Part shown: positions 1-9,904 of the stretch, piece after piece
Layout: the number at the start of each line of letters is the position of its first letter
Numbering within the stretch: the stretch's first letter is position 1
NCBI GenBank assembly: GCA_050916045.1
Contig: CP051526.1
Coordinates: 2,240,001 to 2,304,000, forward strand
Length of the DNA stretch: 64,000 nucleotides
Reading direction: 5' to 3'
Origin: Tepidisphaera sp.
GTDB lineage: Bacteria; Planctomycetota; Phycisphaerae; Phycisphaerales; UBA1924
Position numbers and translations under genes: made by a program
The notes under the pieces: model-generated
The model's database searches: none
Seen by the model: only the letters and a program-made list of their open reading frames with translations
What the model was told of the DNA's origin: nothing

Positions 1-63
1 CCCGCTCCGACCCCGCTTCGACCGTTCCACGCGTCGGCGCTCCATCGGCGCCCAAGCCGTCAT
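1..63 (-). CDS. 5' fragment of the gene following gspE; possible prepilin-type leader (partial)
   Basis: ATG at 63, 10 nt after the gspE stop; reads MTAWAPMERRRVERSKRGRSG to the window edge. A basic leader ending in G resembles a class III signal peptide. Confidence 0.4.
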   Translation of the reverse strand, partial: MTAWAPMERRRVERSKRGRSG

Positions 64-72
64 AGGCGTACT

Positions 73-1893
73 TCATGCCGCCTCCTTCGACTCAGGCGGC
101 GTCTCGGCTTTCGGCGGCGGCAACGCTTCGGGCTCCGCCCCGTCATCCTGCGTCACGCGGATCACTTCCTCGAGGCTCGTCTTTCCGGCCAGCGCGAGCA
201 GCACGCCCTCCTGCCGAAGCGTCAGCCCGCCGGACTTGGCGATCACCTCGCGAAGCTCGTGCACCGGCCGCGCCCGGTGGATCATCCGCCGAAGTTGCGG
301 CGTCACCTCGAGCACCTCGTAGATGCCCAGCCGCCCCAGGAATCCCGAGTTGTGGCACCGGCTGCACCCCACGCCCTTCTTGAAGACCGTGCCCACCTTG
401 TCAGGGATCCCCGCATCCGCGAGCACGTGCTCTTCCGGGTAGTACTTGGTCTCGCAGTGCGAGCAGGCCGTCCGCGCCAGACGCTGCGCCACCACCCCGT
501 TCATCGCCGCGGCAAGCAGGTACGGCTCGATCCCCATATCCGACAGCCGGGCCGTCGCGCTCGGCGCATCGTTCGTGTGAAGCGTCGCGAGCACCAGGTG
601 CCCCGTCAGCGCCGCCTGCACCGCCACCCGAGCCGTCTCCTGGTCACGGATCTCGCCCACCATGATGATGTCCGGATCCTGACGCAGGATGCTCCGAAGC
701 GCCCGCCCGAACGACAAGCCGCAGGCTTCGTTCACCTGGATCTGGTTCACCAGATCAAGCTGATACTCGACCGGGTCCTCGACGGTCACGATGTTCACGT
801 CCGGGCCGCGCAGGAGGTCCAGCGCCGAGTACAGCGTCGTCGTCTTGCCGCTGCCCGTGGGACCCGTCACCAAGCACAAGCCGTGGCTCTGATTCAGAGC
901 TTTCTTGAAGCTGTCGAGCGCGCCCGTCCTGAAACCCAGATCCTCCATCCGCACGCGGAGATTCTGCTTGTCAAGCACGCGAACGACGACCTTCTCGCCC
1001 AGGAGCGTCGGGATGCTCGACACGCGAAGATCGATCTCGCGCCCCTCCGCGACGATGCGCACGCGGCCCTCCTGCGGCATGCGCTTCTCGGCGATGTCCA
1101 TCTTTCCGATGACCTTGACGCGGCTCACGACCGCGGCATGCAAGCCCGTCGGCGGCCGCATCAGGTCCCGCAGCACGCCGTCGATCCGGTACCGGATCCG
1201 CGTCCCGCGTTTGTCGGGCTCGATGTGGATGTCGCTGGCTTTGTCGCGGACCGCTTGCAGGAACGTGACGTTGATGAGGTTAATGATCGGCGACCCGGCG
1301 ACCATCCGGTCAAGGTCCGCCGCCACCGACTCGTCCACGCGTTCCCGCTCGACGACCTCGACGTTCGACTCTGACAAACTCGTGAGGAACGCGTCGACGT
1401 CGACGTTGCCCCCGGAGTACTTCTTGATGAATTCGGAAATGTTGGACTCGATCGCGAGCACCGGCCGAATCTTGAGCTTGGTGATCTCGCGCAGACGATC
1501 GATCGTCGGCAGGCTCTGCGGCTCGGCCATCGCGACCGTGAGCGTGTCGTGCACGCGGAAAAGCGGGATCACCTTCAGCCGCGTGCACTCCTCCTCGCCG
1601 ATGCTCTTCATCAGCGCCGGATCGATCAGGCCGTGCCGAAGCTGGCACCCGCGAACCCCGAGCACCCGCCCCAAAGCCCGCACCAGCGTCGCGCTGTTGA
1701 TCACGCCCTGCTCGACCAGAAGTTCGCCCAGACGCCGGCTCGTGCTCCGCTGCTCGGCAAGCGCCCGATCAAGCTGCGACTGCGTGATCGCGCCGTCCTC
1801 GACGAGGACGTCCCCGACGCGCGTCCGCTTCACGCGGCGACGCTCGCTCCCGCTCTGTGGCGGCTGCACGGGTTCCAGAGGCTCCGCCGTCAA
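73..1893 (-). CDS. gspE: GspE/PilB family secretion/pilus assembly ATPase with N-terminal MshEN-like domain
   Basis: Walker A GPTGSGKTTT, TVEDPVEY, LRQDPDIIMVGEIRD, TGHLVLATLHTN, CxxC..CxxC; N-terminal RVGDVLV/RLGELLV repeats. Confidence 0.95.
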   Translation of the reverse strand: MTAEPLEPVQPPQSGSERRRVKRTRVGDVLVEDGAITQSQLDRALAEQRSTSRRLGELLVEQGVINSATLVRALGRVLGVRGCQLRHGLIDPALMKSIGEEECTRLKVIPLFRVHDTLTVAMAEPQSLPTIDRLREITKLKIRPVLAIESNISEFIKKYSGGNVDVDAFLTSLSESNVEVVERERVDESVAADLDRMVAGSPIINLINVTFLQAVRDKASDIHIEPDKRGTRIRYRIDGVLRDLMRPPTGLHAAVVSRVKVIGKMDIAEKRMPQEGRVRIVAEGREIDLRVSSIPTLLGEKVVVRVLDKQNLRVRMEDLGFRTGALDSFKKALNQSHGLCLVTGPTGSGKTTTLYSALDLLRGPDVNIVTVEDPVEYQLDLVNQIQVNEACGLSFGRALRSILRQDPDIIMVGEIRDQETARVAVQAALTGHLVLATLHTNDAPSATARLSDMGIEPYLLAAAMNGVVAQRLARTACSHCETKYYPEEHVLADAGIPDKVGTVFKKGVGCSRCHNSGFLGRLGIYEVLEVTPQLRRMIHRARPVHELREVIAKSGGLTLRQEGVLLALAGKTSLEEVIRVTQDDGAEPEALPPPKAETPPESKEAA

Positions 1894-2225
1894 AGAAAGC
1901 TCCTGACCGCGGACTGAATGTCCGCGTACTGCTCGAAGTTCCCGATCGTCTCCGTCAGTTCCATCACCTCGCGGAGCGTCTCGTTGGCCCCGCAGAGCTT
2001 GAGCGCCTGCCCGCCTTGCGACATCTCCTCGCCGACCTCGACCAGCACCTCAAGCCCGCGGCTGTCGACGTACGCGATCGCCGACGCGTCGACCACCACC
2101 CGGCCCAGACACTTCGGGAGCGCCGCCATGAAGCTCGAACGGAACTGCTCCGCGTCGTTCTGAAGCAGCGGCCCGCTTGGCTTGAGCACCGTCACCGCAC
2201 CCTCGCGTGATTCGTGTATGTCCAT
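1890..2225 (-). CDS. STAS-domain anti-sigma-factor antagonist
   Basis: 111 aa; VVVDASAIAYVDSRGLEVL (DSxG phosphosite); overlaps gspE start by 4 nt. Confidence 0.9.
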   Translation of the reverse strand: MDIHESREGAVTVLKPSGPLLQNDAEQFRSSFMAALPKCLGRVVVDASAIAYVDSRGLEVLVEVGEEMSQGGQALKLCGANETLREVMELTETIGNFEQYADIQSAVRSFL

Positions 2226-2237
2226 GTGGGTGCTCCT

Positions 2238-4121
2238 TTAGGCCGCCTGCCTCGCCGCTTCCGACCCCGCGGGCACCCGGAACGTGAACGTGCTCCCCTC
2301 GTTGACCTTGCTCTTGAGGGTCACATCGCCGCCATGCATCCGCGCGACCTCGCGTGCGAGGGTCAGGCCCAGCCCGGTGCCCACGATCGACGAGATCCGC
2401 TTGTCCGACGACCGGTAGAACCGCTCGAAGACCGACTCGTGCTCCTCGGGTTTGATGCCGATGCCGGTGTCCGTCACCTCGACGACCAGGATCTCCGCCG
2501 CGCTGCCCAGCCCCTCCGCGAAGGCTTTCACCGTCACCGTTCCGCCCGCCGGCGTGTACTTCAGAGCGTTGCCGACGAGGTTGTGCAGGGCCAGCGTGAT
2601 CTTGTCGTTGTCCCCGCGCATCACCGGCAGTTTGGGCGCGATGTCGAACGCGAGCGTGATCTCCTTGTCCTGCGCCTGCGGGCCAAAGTCGTGCTTGAGG
2701 TCGTCCAGGATCGTGAGCACCGGCACATCGTCGCGCCGCATGCGGAACGACCCCGCTTCGATCTCCGAGACGCTCAGCATGTCGGCCACGATCCGCTCCA
2801 GCCGCCGAGACTCCTGGTTGATCACGTTGATCGCCGTCGAACGCGCCGCCGGGTTGTCTCCCGTGTCCTCAAGCAGCGCCTCGACGTAAAGCCTGATGTT
2901 CGTCAGCGGCGTGCGAAGCTCGTGCGAAGCCTGATCGATCAGCGAGTTGCGGGCTTTGTCCGCCACGCGCTGCTGCGAGACGTCGTCCAGGATCGCCATC
3001 GCCGCGAAATGGTCGCCCTTGCGCGCCGGCTTGACGCTGACACGCACCACCGCCGACCCGTTCTCGCCCTTGCGCTCGACCTCCCACTGCACCCGCCGCT
3101 TCACCGTGCCCCCGCTGATCCCCGCCATCGCCGCCTTCGCCGCGTCCTCGGGGAACAGGCTCACCATCGGCTTGCCCGAGAGCTCCTCACGCGGCGACCT
3201 CAGAAGCACCGCCGAAGCCCCGTTCGCGTACGTCACGTTCATCTGTTCATCAAGCAGCAGCACGCCAAGCCACAAGCAGTCCAGCGCCTCGTGCGCCGAA
3301 CCACCCGTCGGGTCGGACTCCCCCTGCCGTCGATCCGACGCCGCCGCTTCGCCTTCCGACAGCATCCGCTCGTCCCGCGCCACAAGCAGCGAGTTCCACG
3401 CCTGCGCCTCCGGCCCGAACTCCGAAGCCACCGCCAGCGCCGCCGATGATGCCTCGCCCGCCGAAGCCGCGACCAGCGACTCCCGGATCGCGCCGAGCAC
3501 GCGAAGACGACGCCGAAGCCTGCGATACGCCCACCACAAGCCCATCAGCCCAACCACGCCCGCCGCCGCGATACCGGGCTCCGCGTTCCCGGCGCCGAAC
3601 GTCGGCTCGGGCAGCTCGCTCGCCACCTCAAGCACCGCGACGCCCTTTCCCGCCACCCGCACGGGGAAAGTTGCTTTGAAGACGCTCTCAACCTCGGACG
3701 TCGTGGGCTCGGAGACGCCCTGCGGCCACTCCGGCCACTGCTCGGGCAGTTTGCTCTTCTCCACCATCGCTTCGACGATCGAGCTCGCGATCACCGTCCC
3801 GTCCGCGAGCTTGATGCGGCACGCCTGAAGCCCGGACCCTACCGCCGCCGTGATCAACTGCGAACGGATGTCGCCCGTGTTCCCCTGCGTAAGCGAGCTC
3901 TCCGCCGCCGCCGCCAGCGCCGATCCCAGCGACCGAACCTGCTCGCGCCGCCCCTGAAGCAAAGCCTGGTGCTGCGCCTTGGTCGCCCACCACGCGCACG
4001 CGCACACCACCCCGACCACCAGCGCGGCCAGCGACAGACCCGTGGCAGCGATGAACGCTTCGCCACGGACCCAACGCGAGATCACCGCCGACGGTCCTGT
4101 CTGCCGCACGCGATACTCCAT
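2238..4121 (-). CDS. Membrane sensor histidine kinase with PAS domain
   Basis: Two TM segments; H-box SHELRTPLTNI, N-box NLVGNALKYT, G boxes DTGIGI and GTGLGL. Confidence 0.92.
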   Translation of the reverse strand: MEYRVRQTGPSAVISRWVRGEAFIAATGLSLAALVVGVVCACAWWATKAQHQALLQGRREQVRSLGSALAAAAESSLTQGNTGDIRSQLITAAVGSGLQACRIKLADGTVIASSIVEAMVEKSKLPEQWPEWPQGVSEPTTSEVESVFKATFPVRVAGKGVAVLEVASELPEPTFGAGNAEPGIAAAGVVGLMGLWWAYRRLRRRLRVLGAIRESLVAASAGEASSAALAVASEFGPEAQAWNSLLVARDERMLSEGEAAASDRRQGESDPTGGSAHEALDCLWLGVLLLDEQMNVTYANGASAVLLRSPREELSGKPMVSLFPEDAAKAAMAGISGGTVKRRVQWEVERKGENGSAVVRVSVKPARKGDHFAAMAILDDVSQQRVADKARNSLIDQASHELRTPLTNIRLYVEALLEDTGDNPAARSTAINVINQESRRLERIVADMLSVSEIEAGSFRMRRDDVPVLTILDDLKHDFGPQAQDKEITLAFDIAPKLPVMRGDNDKITLALHNLVGNALKYTPAGGTVTVKAFAEGLGSAAEILVVEVTDTGIGIKPEEHESVFERFYRSSDKRISSIVGTGLGLTLAREVARMHGGDVTLKSKVNEGSTFTFRVPAGSEAARQAA

Positions 4122-4151
4122 TCAGAAGCCCACGATGGGACCTCCATGGGT

Positions 4152-4179
4152 GTATCGGCAGCCCTCACACGCCTCTCAA
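4152..4179 (-). promoter_or_regulatory. Possible sigma28-type promoter
   Basis: Minus strand reads TTGAG-N15-GCCGATAC about 30 nt upstream of the kinase ATG; the -10 matches GCCGATAA well, the -35 is weak. Confidence 0.3.
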
Positions 4180-4234
4180 CCGCCGCTCGCAGGTTATCAC
4201 GCGATGCCTCTGTCCAAACAGGGATCCCACATCA

Positions 4235-5227
4235 TCACGCCAACGGGTCGGGCTTAAACAGCTTGGTGTCCAGGGCCCATAACCGCTCGGTGAAGTTCCC
4301 GCCGAGGTCCTTCTTCGACTTGGGCCCCCGCGCCGCCGCGAGCGACATGTGCATCTTCGCGTCGATGTTATCCAATTGATGCACCAGGATCGCTTCCGGC
4401 GTCATCGGCACCCGCGCCGCGCCGTGCTCGGGCAGCCCGTGGTGGCTCAGGATGATGTGCTGAAGCACCATCACCGCGTTGGGGGGAAGCCGCTGCCCCG
4501 TCTCCTTCATCACCTGCTGCGCCTTGTCGTGCAACATGATCGCCCCGTCCACGATGTGCCCGATCAGTTCGCCCCGGTCCGCATAACCGAACGCGCGGTC
4601 ATACACCAGCTCCCGCGTCTTGCCCAGATCGTGCAGGAAAAGCCCCATCACCACAAGGTCCCGGTTCAGGCCCGGATAAAGCGGAGCCACCGCCGCCGCG
4701 AGCTTGAGCAGCCCCAGCGTGTGATCCAGCAGCCCGCCCAGATACGCGTGGTGCGCGCTCTTCGCCGCCGGACACTGCTTGAACTGGTCCATCAGGAACT
4801 TGTCCGACAGGTACACCTGCGCCAGAGCTTTGATCGCCGGATGCTCGAGCGTCGCGAGCACACCCTGAAGCTCCGCGAACATCTCTTCGATCGGCCGCGG
4901 CGCAACCGGCAACAGGTCCCGCATCTGCTCGGGCGTCGGGTCCGCAGGCTCGATGTGCTGAATGATGAGCTGCAGGTCCCCCTGGTACTTCTGCGTCTCC
5001 CCCTCGACATACGCGAACCCGTCCGACGGAAGCGACGCCAGCAGCGCCTCATCGACGGTCCACATCCGCGCCGTCACCTCGCCCGACCGGTCCCCCACGA
5101 TGCACCGCAGGTAAGGCTTGTCGTTCCGCGTCCGCCCAAGCTGAGCGTTCGAGACCGCGTACACCCCGGCGATGCGCTCCGAGGGAAGAAGATCGATGAT
5201 GTACCGCCGATTGCCCGGTGCCGACAT
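4235..5227 (-). CDS. yhaM: YhaM/Cbf1 family 3'-5' exoribonuclease (OB fold + HD domain)
   Basis: N-terminal OB fold (KPYL..GDRSGEV); PAAKSAHHAYLGGLLDH, LHDLGK, HIILSHHG, PMTPEA..LDNIDAK; start taken at MSAPG (5227). Confidence 0.9.
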   Translation of the reverse strand: MSAPGNRRYIIDLLPSERIAGVYAVSNAQLGRTRNDKPYLRCIVGDRSGEVTARMWTVDEALLASLPSDGFAYVEGETQKYQGDLQLIIQHIEPADPTPEQMRDLLPVAPRPIEEMFAELQGVLATLEHPAIKALAQVYLSDKFLMDQFKQCPAAKSAHHAYLGGLLDHTLGLLKLAAAVAPLYPGLNRDLVVMGLFLHDLGKTRELVYDRAFGYADRGELIGHIVDGAIMLHDKAQQVMKETGQRLPPNAVMVLQHIILSHHGLPEHGAARVPMTPEAILVHQLDNIDAKMHMSLAAARGPKSKKDLGGNFTERLWALDTKLFKPDPLA

Positions 5228-5348
5228 GAACCCGCCTTTCAGATGAGGGGCCATGGTAGGGCCGGAAAGCCAGATCCGGACTTTCACACTTGAAATCTCA
5301 GTTCTGAGATCGGGCGCATTCCGACCCCGCGTTGCCGCTCCGCCACCT

Positions 5349-5723
5349 CTACCTCACCACCGCCCACACCAAGAAAGAAGCCCACGCGAGCGTCGCGAAC
5401 ACCCACGCTCGCCCCGCCCATCGCTCCCGCTCGCTCCGCCGAGGGTCCCGAAGCCGCCACGCCCCCGCACAACCCATCGCCACCGCGAACACGATGCACG
5501 GGAAAGCCCCGAGGACGCCCGCCACCCCGACTCCCTGAGCTTGCACGAACGACATGACGATCGAGCACGCGGAAAGAAAGAAGAGCGGAACCACCTCCGG
5601 CGGCCCGACCGGGAACCGCGCCGCATCCTTCTCCCCGCACTCCGGACACGTCACCCCTCGCCGGTACTCCGACGTGTGAGCCGACAGGTCGTACCCGCAC
5701 GAGTTGCACTTCATCTCACCCAT
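5349..5723 (-). CDS. Small zinc-ribbon membrane protein
   Basis: CNSCGYDLS..CPECG followed by three hydrophobic segments. Confidence 0.65.
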   Translation of the reverse strand: MGEMKCNSCGYDLSAHTSEYRRGVTCPECGEKDAARFPVGPPEVVPLFFLSACSIVMSFVQAQGVGVAGVLGAFPCIVFAVAMGCAGAWRLRDPRRSERERWAGRAWVFATLAWASFLVWAVVR

Positions 5724-5726
5724 CCC

Positions 5727-6176
5727 TCATCGACTCCCAATCACCCACACAACCAGCCAGATCAGCCCCACAAGCACCACGCCGCACGCCATCTGCCCGC
5801 CCACCATCATCAGCAGGCACATCCAGCCGCCGGATGCAAGCCCAATGGCAACCCCGAAAGCGAGCACCGGATCCACCCTCTGCCGATCCGCCCCGCCGCT
5901 TTCCAGTCGGCGCCGGCAACCCAGCACCGCCAGGGCGAAGGCCGCCGCCGCGAAGATGACCGCAAAGAGCAAAGCCGCCGCATCCCGCGAGTCAATCGCA
6001 ACGAGCCCTGCCGAAACCCCCGCAAGGACGATCGCCCAAACGAAGCACCGCAAGTACCGCGGGCTCGGAAGCTCGGGCCACTGCGCATCCATCCTCCCGC
6101 ACTCCGGGCATTGAATGCTCGCTCCCGGATGCCCAGCCAAGTCATACCCGCACGAGTTGCACCGGACCTCCGCCAC
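5727..6176 (-). CDS. Small zinc-ribbon membrane protein, paralog of neighbour
   Basis: CNSCGYDLA..CPECG plus four hydrophobic segments; start set at GTG 6176 to avoid overlap with the LOG gene. Confidence 0.6.
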   Translation of the reverse strand: MAEVRCNSCGYDLAGHPGASIQCPECGRMDAQWPELPSPRYLRCFVWAIVLAGVSAGLVAIDSRDAAALLFAVIFAAAAFALAVLGCRRRLESGGADRQRVDPVLAFGVAIGLASGGWMCLLMMVGGQMACGVVLVGLIWLVVWVIGSR

Positions 6177-6246
6177 AACAGACCATACGAGCCCGCCGCC
6201 ACGCGGATTCGCCCACCGACCCCGCCCCCCCAACAATGCCCCTCCC

Positions 6247-7374
6247 ATGAGCACCGACAAGAACAACCTCAACCTCGAACTCACCGGCCTCATCGAGACC
6301 CCCGCCGCACCCGGGGCCCGGCCCGAGCGCAAGCCCGAAGACCCCAAGGTCCTCGCCGCCATCGACCAGCTTCTCGACGCCGTCGGCGTCCCCGCCGCCA
6401 AGCGCGACACCTACGACGCCCGCCTCGTCAAGGACCTCATCGCGACCTCGGCCAAGCTCCTCCCCGACGGCCGCAACACCGGCGAGCTCAAGCTCATCAC
6501 CGCATCCGTCAAGGAGATGCGTTACGCCTACAAGATCTTCGCCAAGTACGCCGAGCCGCACAAGGTCACGATCTTCGGCTCCGCCCGCACCCCCGAGGAC
6601 CACCCCGACTTCGCCGCCTGCGTCGAGTTCTCCAAGCTCATGGCCGAGAAGAAGTGGATGTGCATCACCGGCGCCGGCAACGGCATCATGAAAGCCGGCC
6701 ACGTCGGCCCCGGCCGCGCCGCGTCCATCGGCGTCTCGATCAAGCTCCCCTTTGAGACCAACGCCAACACCGTCATCGCCGGCGACGAGAAGCTCATCCA
6801 CTTCCGCTACTTCTTCACCCGCAAGCTCATGTTCCTCTCGCAGGCCGAAGCCGTCGCGCTCTTCCCCGGCGGGTTCGGCACCTTCGACGAGGTCTTCGAG
6901 ACCCTGACCCTCGTCCAGACCGGCAAGAGCCAGATGGTCCCCATCGTCTGCTGCGAGGGGGCGGGCGGGACGTTCTGGAAGGAGTTTGACACCTGGATCA
7001 AGCGCGAGCTCGGCGGCCGCGGCTTCATCAACAGCGAGGACACCGGCATCTACAAGGTCTGCTCGACGCCGCAGGAAGCCGTCGACCACATCCTTGACTT
7101 CTACACGATCTACCACTCCTCGCGGTACGTGAAGGACGACCTGGTGATCCGCCTCAAGCGGCAGCTCACGCCGGACGAGCTCACCATCCTCAACCGCGAG
7201 TTCGCGATCATCATCAAGCAGGGCCAGATCGTTTCCCGCGGCCCCTACGAGGTCGAGGAGGATTTCCTGGACCTCCCCCGCATCGCCTTCACGCACACGC
7301 GGTCCAAGTTCGGCCTCATCCGCCGCCTGATCGACCGGATCAACAGCTTCGGCATGCAGGCCAAGCCGATCTGA
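6247..7374 (+). CDS. LOG family (TIGR00730-like) nucleotide phosphoribohydrolase, long form
   Basis: VTIFGSART, ITGAGNGIM, FRYFFTRKLMF, PGGFGTFDE; ATG at 6247. Confidence 0.92.
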   Translation: MSTDKNNLNLELTGLIETPAAPGARPERKPEDPKVLAAIDQLLDAVGVPAAKRDTYDARLVKDLIATSAKLLPDGRNTGELKLITASVKEMRYAYKIFAKYAEPHKVTIFGSARTPEDHPDFAACVEFSKLMAEKKWMCITGAGNGIMKAGHVGPGRAASIGVSIKLPFETNANTVIAGDEKLIHFRYFFTRKLMFLSQAEAVALFPGGFGTFDEVFETLTLVQTGKSQMVPIVCCEGAGGTFWKEFDTWIKRELGGRGFINSEDTGIYKVCSTPQEAVDHILDFYTIYHSSRYVKDDLVIRLKRQLTPDELTILNREFAIIIKQGQIVSRGPYEVEEDFLDLPRIAFTHTRSKFGLIRRLIDRINSFGMQAKPI

Positions 7375-7375
7375 A

Positions 7376-7416
7376 GAGAGACGCGACAAGAGACAGGCGA
7401 CACGAGACAAGAAACA
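7376..7416 (+). repeat. Short heptamer-like tandem repeat (RGAGACA/CGACA)
   Basis: gagacgcgacaagagacaggcgacacgagacaagaaaca between LOG and queD. Confidence 0.5.
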
Positions 7417-7440
7417 CCGTGACCCCGTGACTGCCCCATC

Positions 7441-7797
7441 ATGATCATCTTCCGCGAGTTCAAGTTCGAAGCCGCGCACTCGCTCCCCCGGGCTCCCGAG
7501 GGGCACAAGTGCCGCCGTCTCCACGGACACTCCTACCGGCTCATCGTCCACGTGCAGGGCGCAATCGACCCGCACACCGGCTGGGTCCGCGACTTCGCCG
7601 AGATCAAAGCCGGCGTGGCTCCGATCATCGACATGCTCGACCACCACAACCTCAACGACATCCCCGGCCTCGAGCAGTCGACGGTCGAGAACCTCGCGGT
7701 CTGGCTCTGGCCGCGGCTGAAAGCGGTCGTCCCCGGCCTGGTCAAGATCACCGTCTGGGAAACCGCGACCAGCGGCTGCGAGTACGCCGGCGTTTGA
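7441..7797 (+). CDS. queD: 6-carboxy-5,6,7,8-tetrahydropterin synthase
   Basis: FEAAHSLP..HKCRRLHGHSY, LDHHNLN, TVENLA, WETATS. Confidence 0.93.
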   Translation: MIIFREFKFEAAHSLPRAPEGHKCRRLHGHSYRLIVHVQGAIDPHTGWVRDFAEIKAGVAPIIDMLDHHNLNDIPGLEQSTVENLAVWLWPRLKAVVPGLVKITVWETATSGCEYAGV

Positions 7798-7822
7798 ACG
7801 AGCCCGACGCGCAAGCGAGGGA
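7798..7822 (+). repeat. REP-like element, family C
   Basis: acgagcccgacgcgcaagcgaggg resembles the reverse complement of two tandem copies at 41275-41331. Confidence 0.5.
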
Positions 7823-7885
7823 GTTTCGGCTTTCGGCCCACCGAGTCACGACCGACCGACTCGGCCCACGTGTCTCCCCTCGCCC

Positions 7886-9649
7886 CTACCGCCCCAGTTC
7901 CGCGATCGTCCCATCCGCCGCCACGCGGAGCTGGTCCGACGCGAGCAGGTAATTCAGGATCGCCACGCGCAGGTCCCGCACCGCGTCGTCGCGCGCGTTC
8001 TCGGCGTTCAAGAGGTCGTTCTCCGTGTCCACAACCTGCTGCGGGTCGACCTGATCGATCCGGATCTGCTGCTCTTCCAAACGCTTGCGGTTGATCTCAA
8101 CCGCCCGCTCCGCGAGGTTCAGCCGGAACCGCGCGAGGTCCACGTTCCGCAGCGCCCCCCGCGCCTCGATGATCACCCGGTCGCGGTCCTCCTCGAACCC
8201 GCGTTCCGCTTGCTGCAGGCGGATCAGCGACTGCCGCAGCGCGAGCCCCTCGGCCCGACGATCGAGCGGCAGGCTCAGCGTCGCCGCCGCCGACCACGAG
8301 AGATCATCCGGATCAAAGCCAAGGCCCCCGACCCCCTCGTTGCTCGACGTCGGCACGCCCACATCCCCGCGGATGTTGAGGTCCGGGAGCAGGCGGTCCT
8401 TCGCGTTGGCCACGCTCCGCTTGGAGTCTTCAACGCGGTCCCGCGTGTTCTGCAGGTCCAGGCGGTACTCGAGCGCGGCCGCCGAAGCCGCTTCCAGAGA
8501 CTGGTCCGGCTCGGGCAGCGAGATCGCGAGCGGATTGATGACGATCGCGCGGCTCAGCGGCAAGCCCAGCCGCACCTTGAACCGGTCGAGCGCGAGGATG
8601 TACCCCTCGCGCTGACTCGCGAGCGAGCTGGTCGCGGTGAGCACCTGGTTCTCCGCGATCGCCCGCTCGAACTCCCGGATCCGCCCGGCTTCCACGCGGG
8701 CCCGCGTCCCGTCGGCGAACTTCTTGAGGCTTGTCAGCTGCCGCTCCTGGTTGACGATCTGGGCCTGAAGCTGGAGCAGCGAGAAATAGTCGGAGGCGAT
8801 CGAGACCAGGAACTGCCGCCGGAAACGTTCGAACTCGCGGGCTTCGTAGACCAGCGAGCGTTCGGCCTGGATGAGCGATTCCTCCGCCACCGAGCCGAAC
8901 CCGCGCAGAAGCGGGAGCGAAACGCCAAGCCCGACCTCCGACCCCTGCACGTAACGCCCGGTCGCCCGCTGCCGCAGGTTCTCCGTCCAGTTCGTCACCC
9001 AGCGAGCTTCGACCTCGCCGCCGAAGGGAAGCCGCTTGGTCGCTCGCAGCGTGTTGAGGATCGTCGCCGCGTGCTCGAATCGGCCCTCGACGCCGCTGCC
9101 GCCAATCCCGAAGGTCGTGTCGTTGAAGAGGCGGGGCGACCACTGGTGCCGCTCGATCAAGAGCGAGATCGCCGCGATGAGGTAATCCTCTTCGCGGGTC
9201 AGATACTCACGGGCCGACACCTGCGACATCTTGAAGACGCCGTCGAGGTCAAGCTGGATCGCCGGCTCGGCCGCAGCTCCGCCGGTCTTGCCCAGCGACT
9301 CCTCCCCGAACGCGGCGAGCCGGGCTTCGACATCCCGCGACTCCGCCGCGGGCGTGATGCGGATCTCTTCCGGCCGCGGGTTGACCGTCGTAAGCGTCTT
9401 GCTCGTTCCCGTGCCGCTGACGATCTCCCGGTCCCCGCCTGTCGGCTTGGGCGGCCGCGCCCCGTTGATGTCGATCGTGCGAAGCCCCGCCAGCTCGGCG
9501 ACCTCCTGATCCATCCGTTCAACGGAAGGGGAGCAGCCGCCGCACGCCAAACACAACCCAAGCACAACCAAGCCAGGTTTCAACCCTCGACAGAAAATCG
9601 GGTCCGGAAAGGTGAAAACGTCTCGTGTTTGGTCGGGTGTCATGCGCAC
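7886..9649 (-). CDS. TolC family outer-membrane efflux protein, possible lipoprotein
   Basis: Lipobox-like LACGGC; two OEP-like helical repeats with LSLPL-type motifs; ALEYRLDL, LLPDLNI. Confidence 0.8.
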   Translation of the reverse strand: MRMTPDQTRDVFTFPDPIFCRGLKPGLVVLGLCLACGGCSPSVERMDQEVAELAGLRTIDINGARPPKPTGGDREIVSGTGTSKTLTTVNPRPEEIRITPAAESRDVEARLAAFGEESLGKTGGAAAEPAIQLDLDGVFKMSQVSAREYLTREEDYLIAAISLLIERHQWSPRLFNDTTFGIGGSGVEGRFEHAATILNTLRATKRLPFGGEVEARWVTNWTENLRQRATGRYVQGSEVGLGVSLPLLRGFGSVAEESLIQAERSLVYEAREFERFRRQFLVSIASDYFSLLQLQAQIVNQERQLTSLKKFADGTRARVEAGRIREFERAIAENQVLTATSSLASQREGYILALDRFKVRLGLPLSRAIVINPLAISLPEPDQSLEAASAAALEYRLDLQNTRDRVEDSKRSVANAKDRLLPDLNIRGDVGVPTSSNEGVGGLGFDPDDLSWSAAATLSLPLDRRAEGLALRQSLIRLQQAERGFEEDRDRVIIEARGALRNVDLARFRLNLAERAVEINRKRLEEQQIRIDQVDPQQVVDTENDLLNAENARDDAVRDLRVAILNYLLASDQLRVAADGTIAELGR

Positions 9650-9904
9650 CGCGAGTCTACCACCCCACGGGAACCCGGTGGCACGATTGCGTTTCTGGAA
9701 ATGCGGTCCTATCGTTGCACCTTGGCCCGAGCGAGCCGCATAATCCTTTCATCTTGCGTTCATTTTCCGTACATCATGCGAACGCATAAGACCACGCGAG
9801 TCGATCTGTTCTGAACGAGGGTGCTTGGGGGACGGTGGCGGGGGCTCTGGAGGTGGGGTCCGGAGGTGGGCTCTGGAGGGATGGGGGGGAATCATGGAGT
9901 GTCG

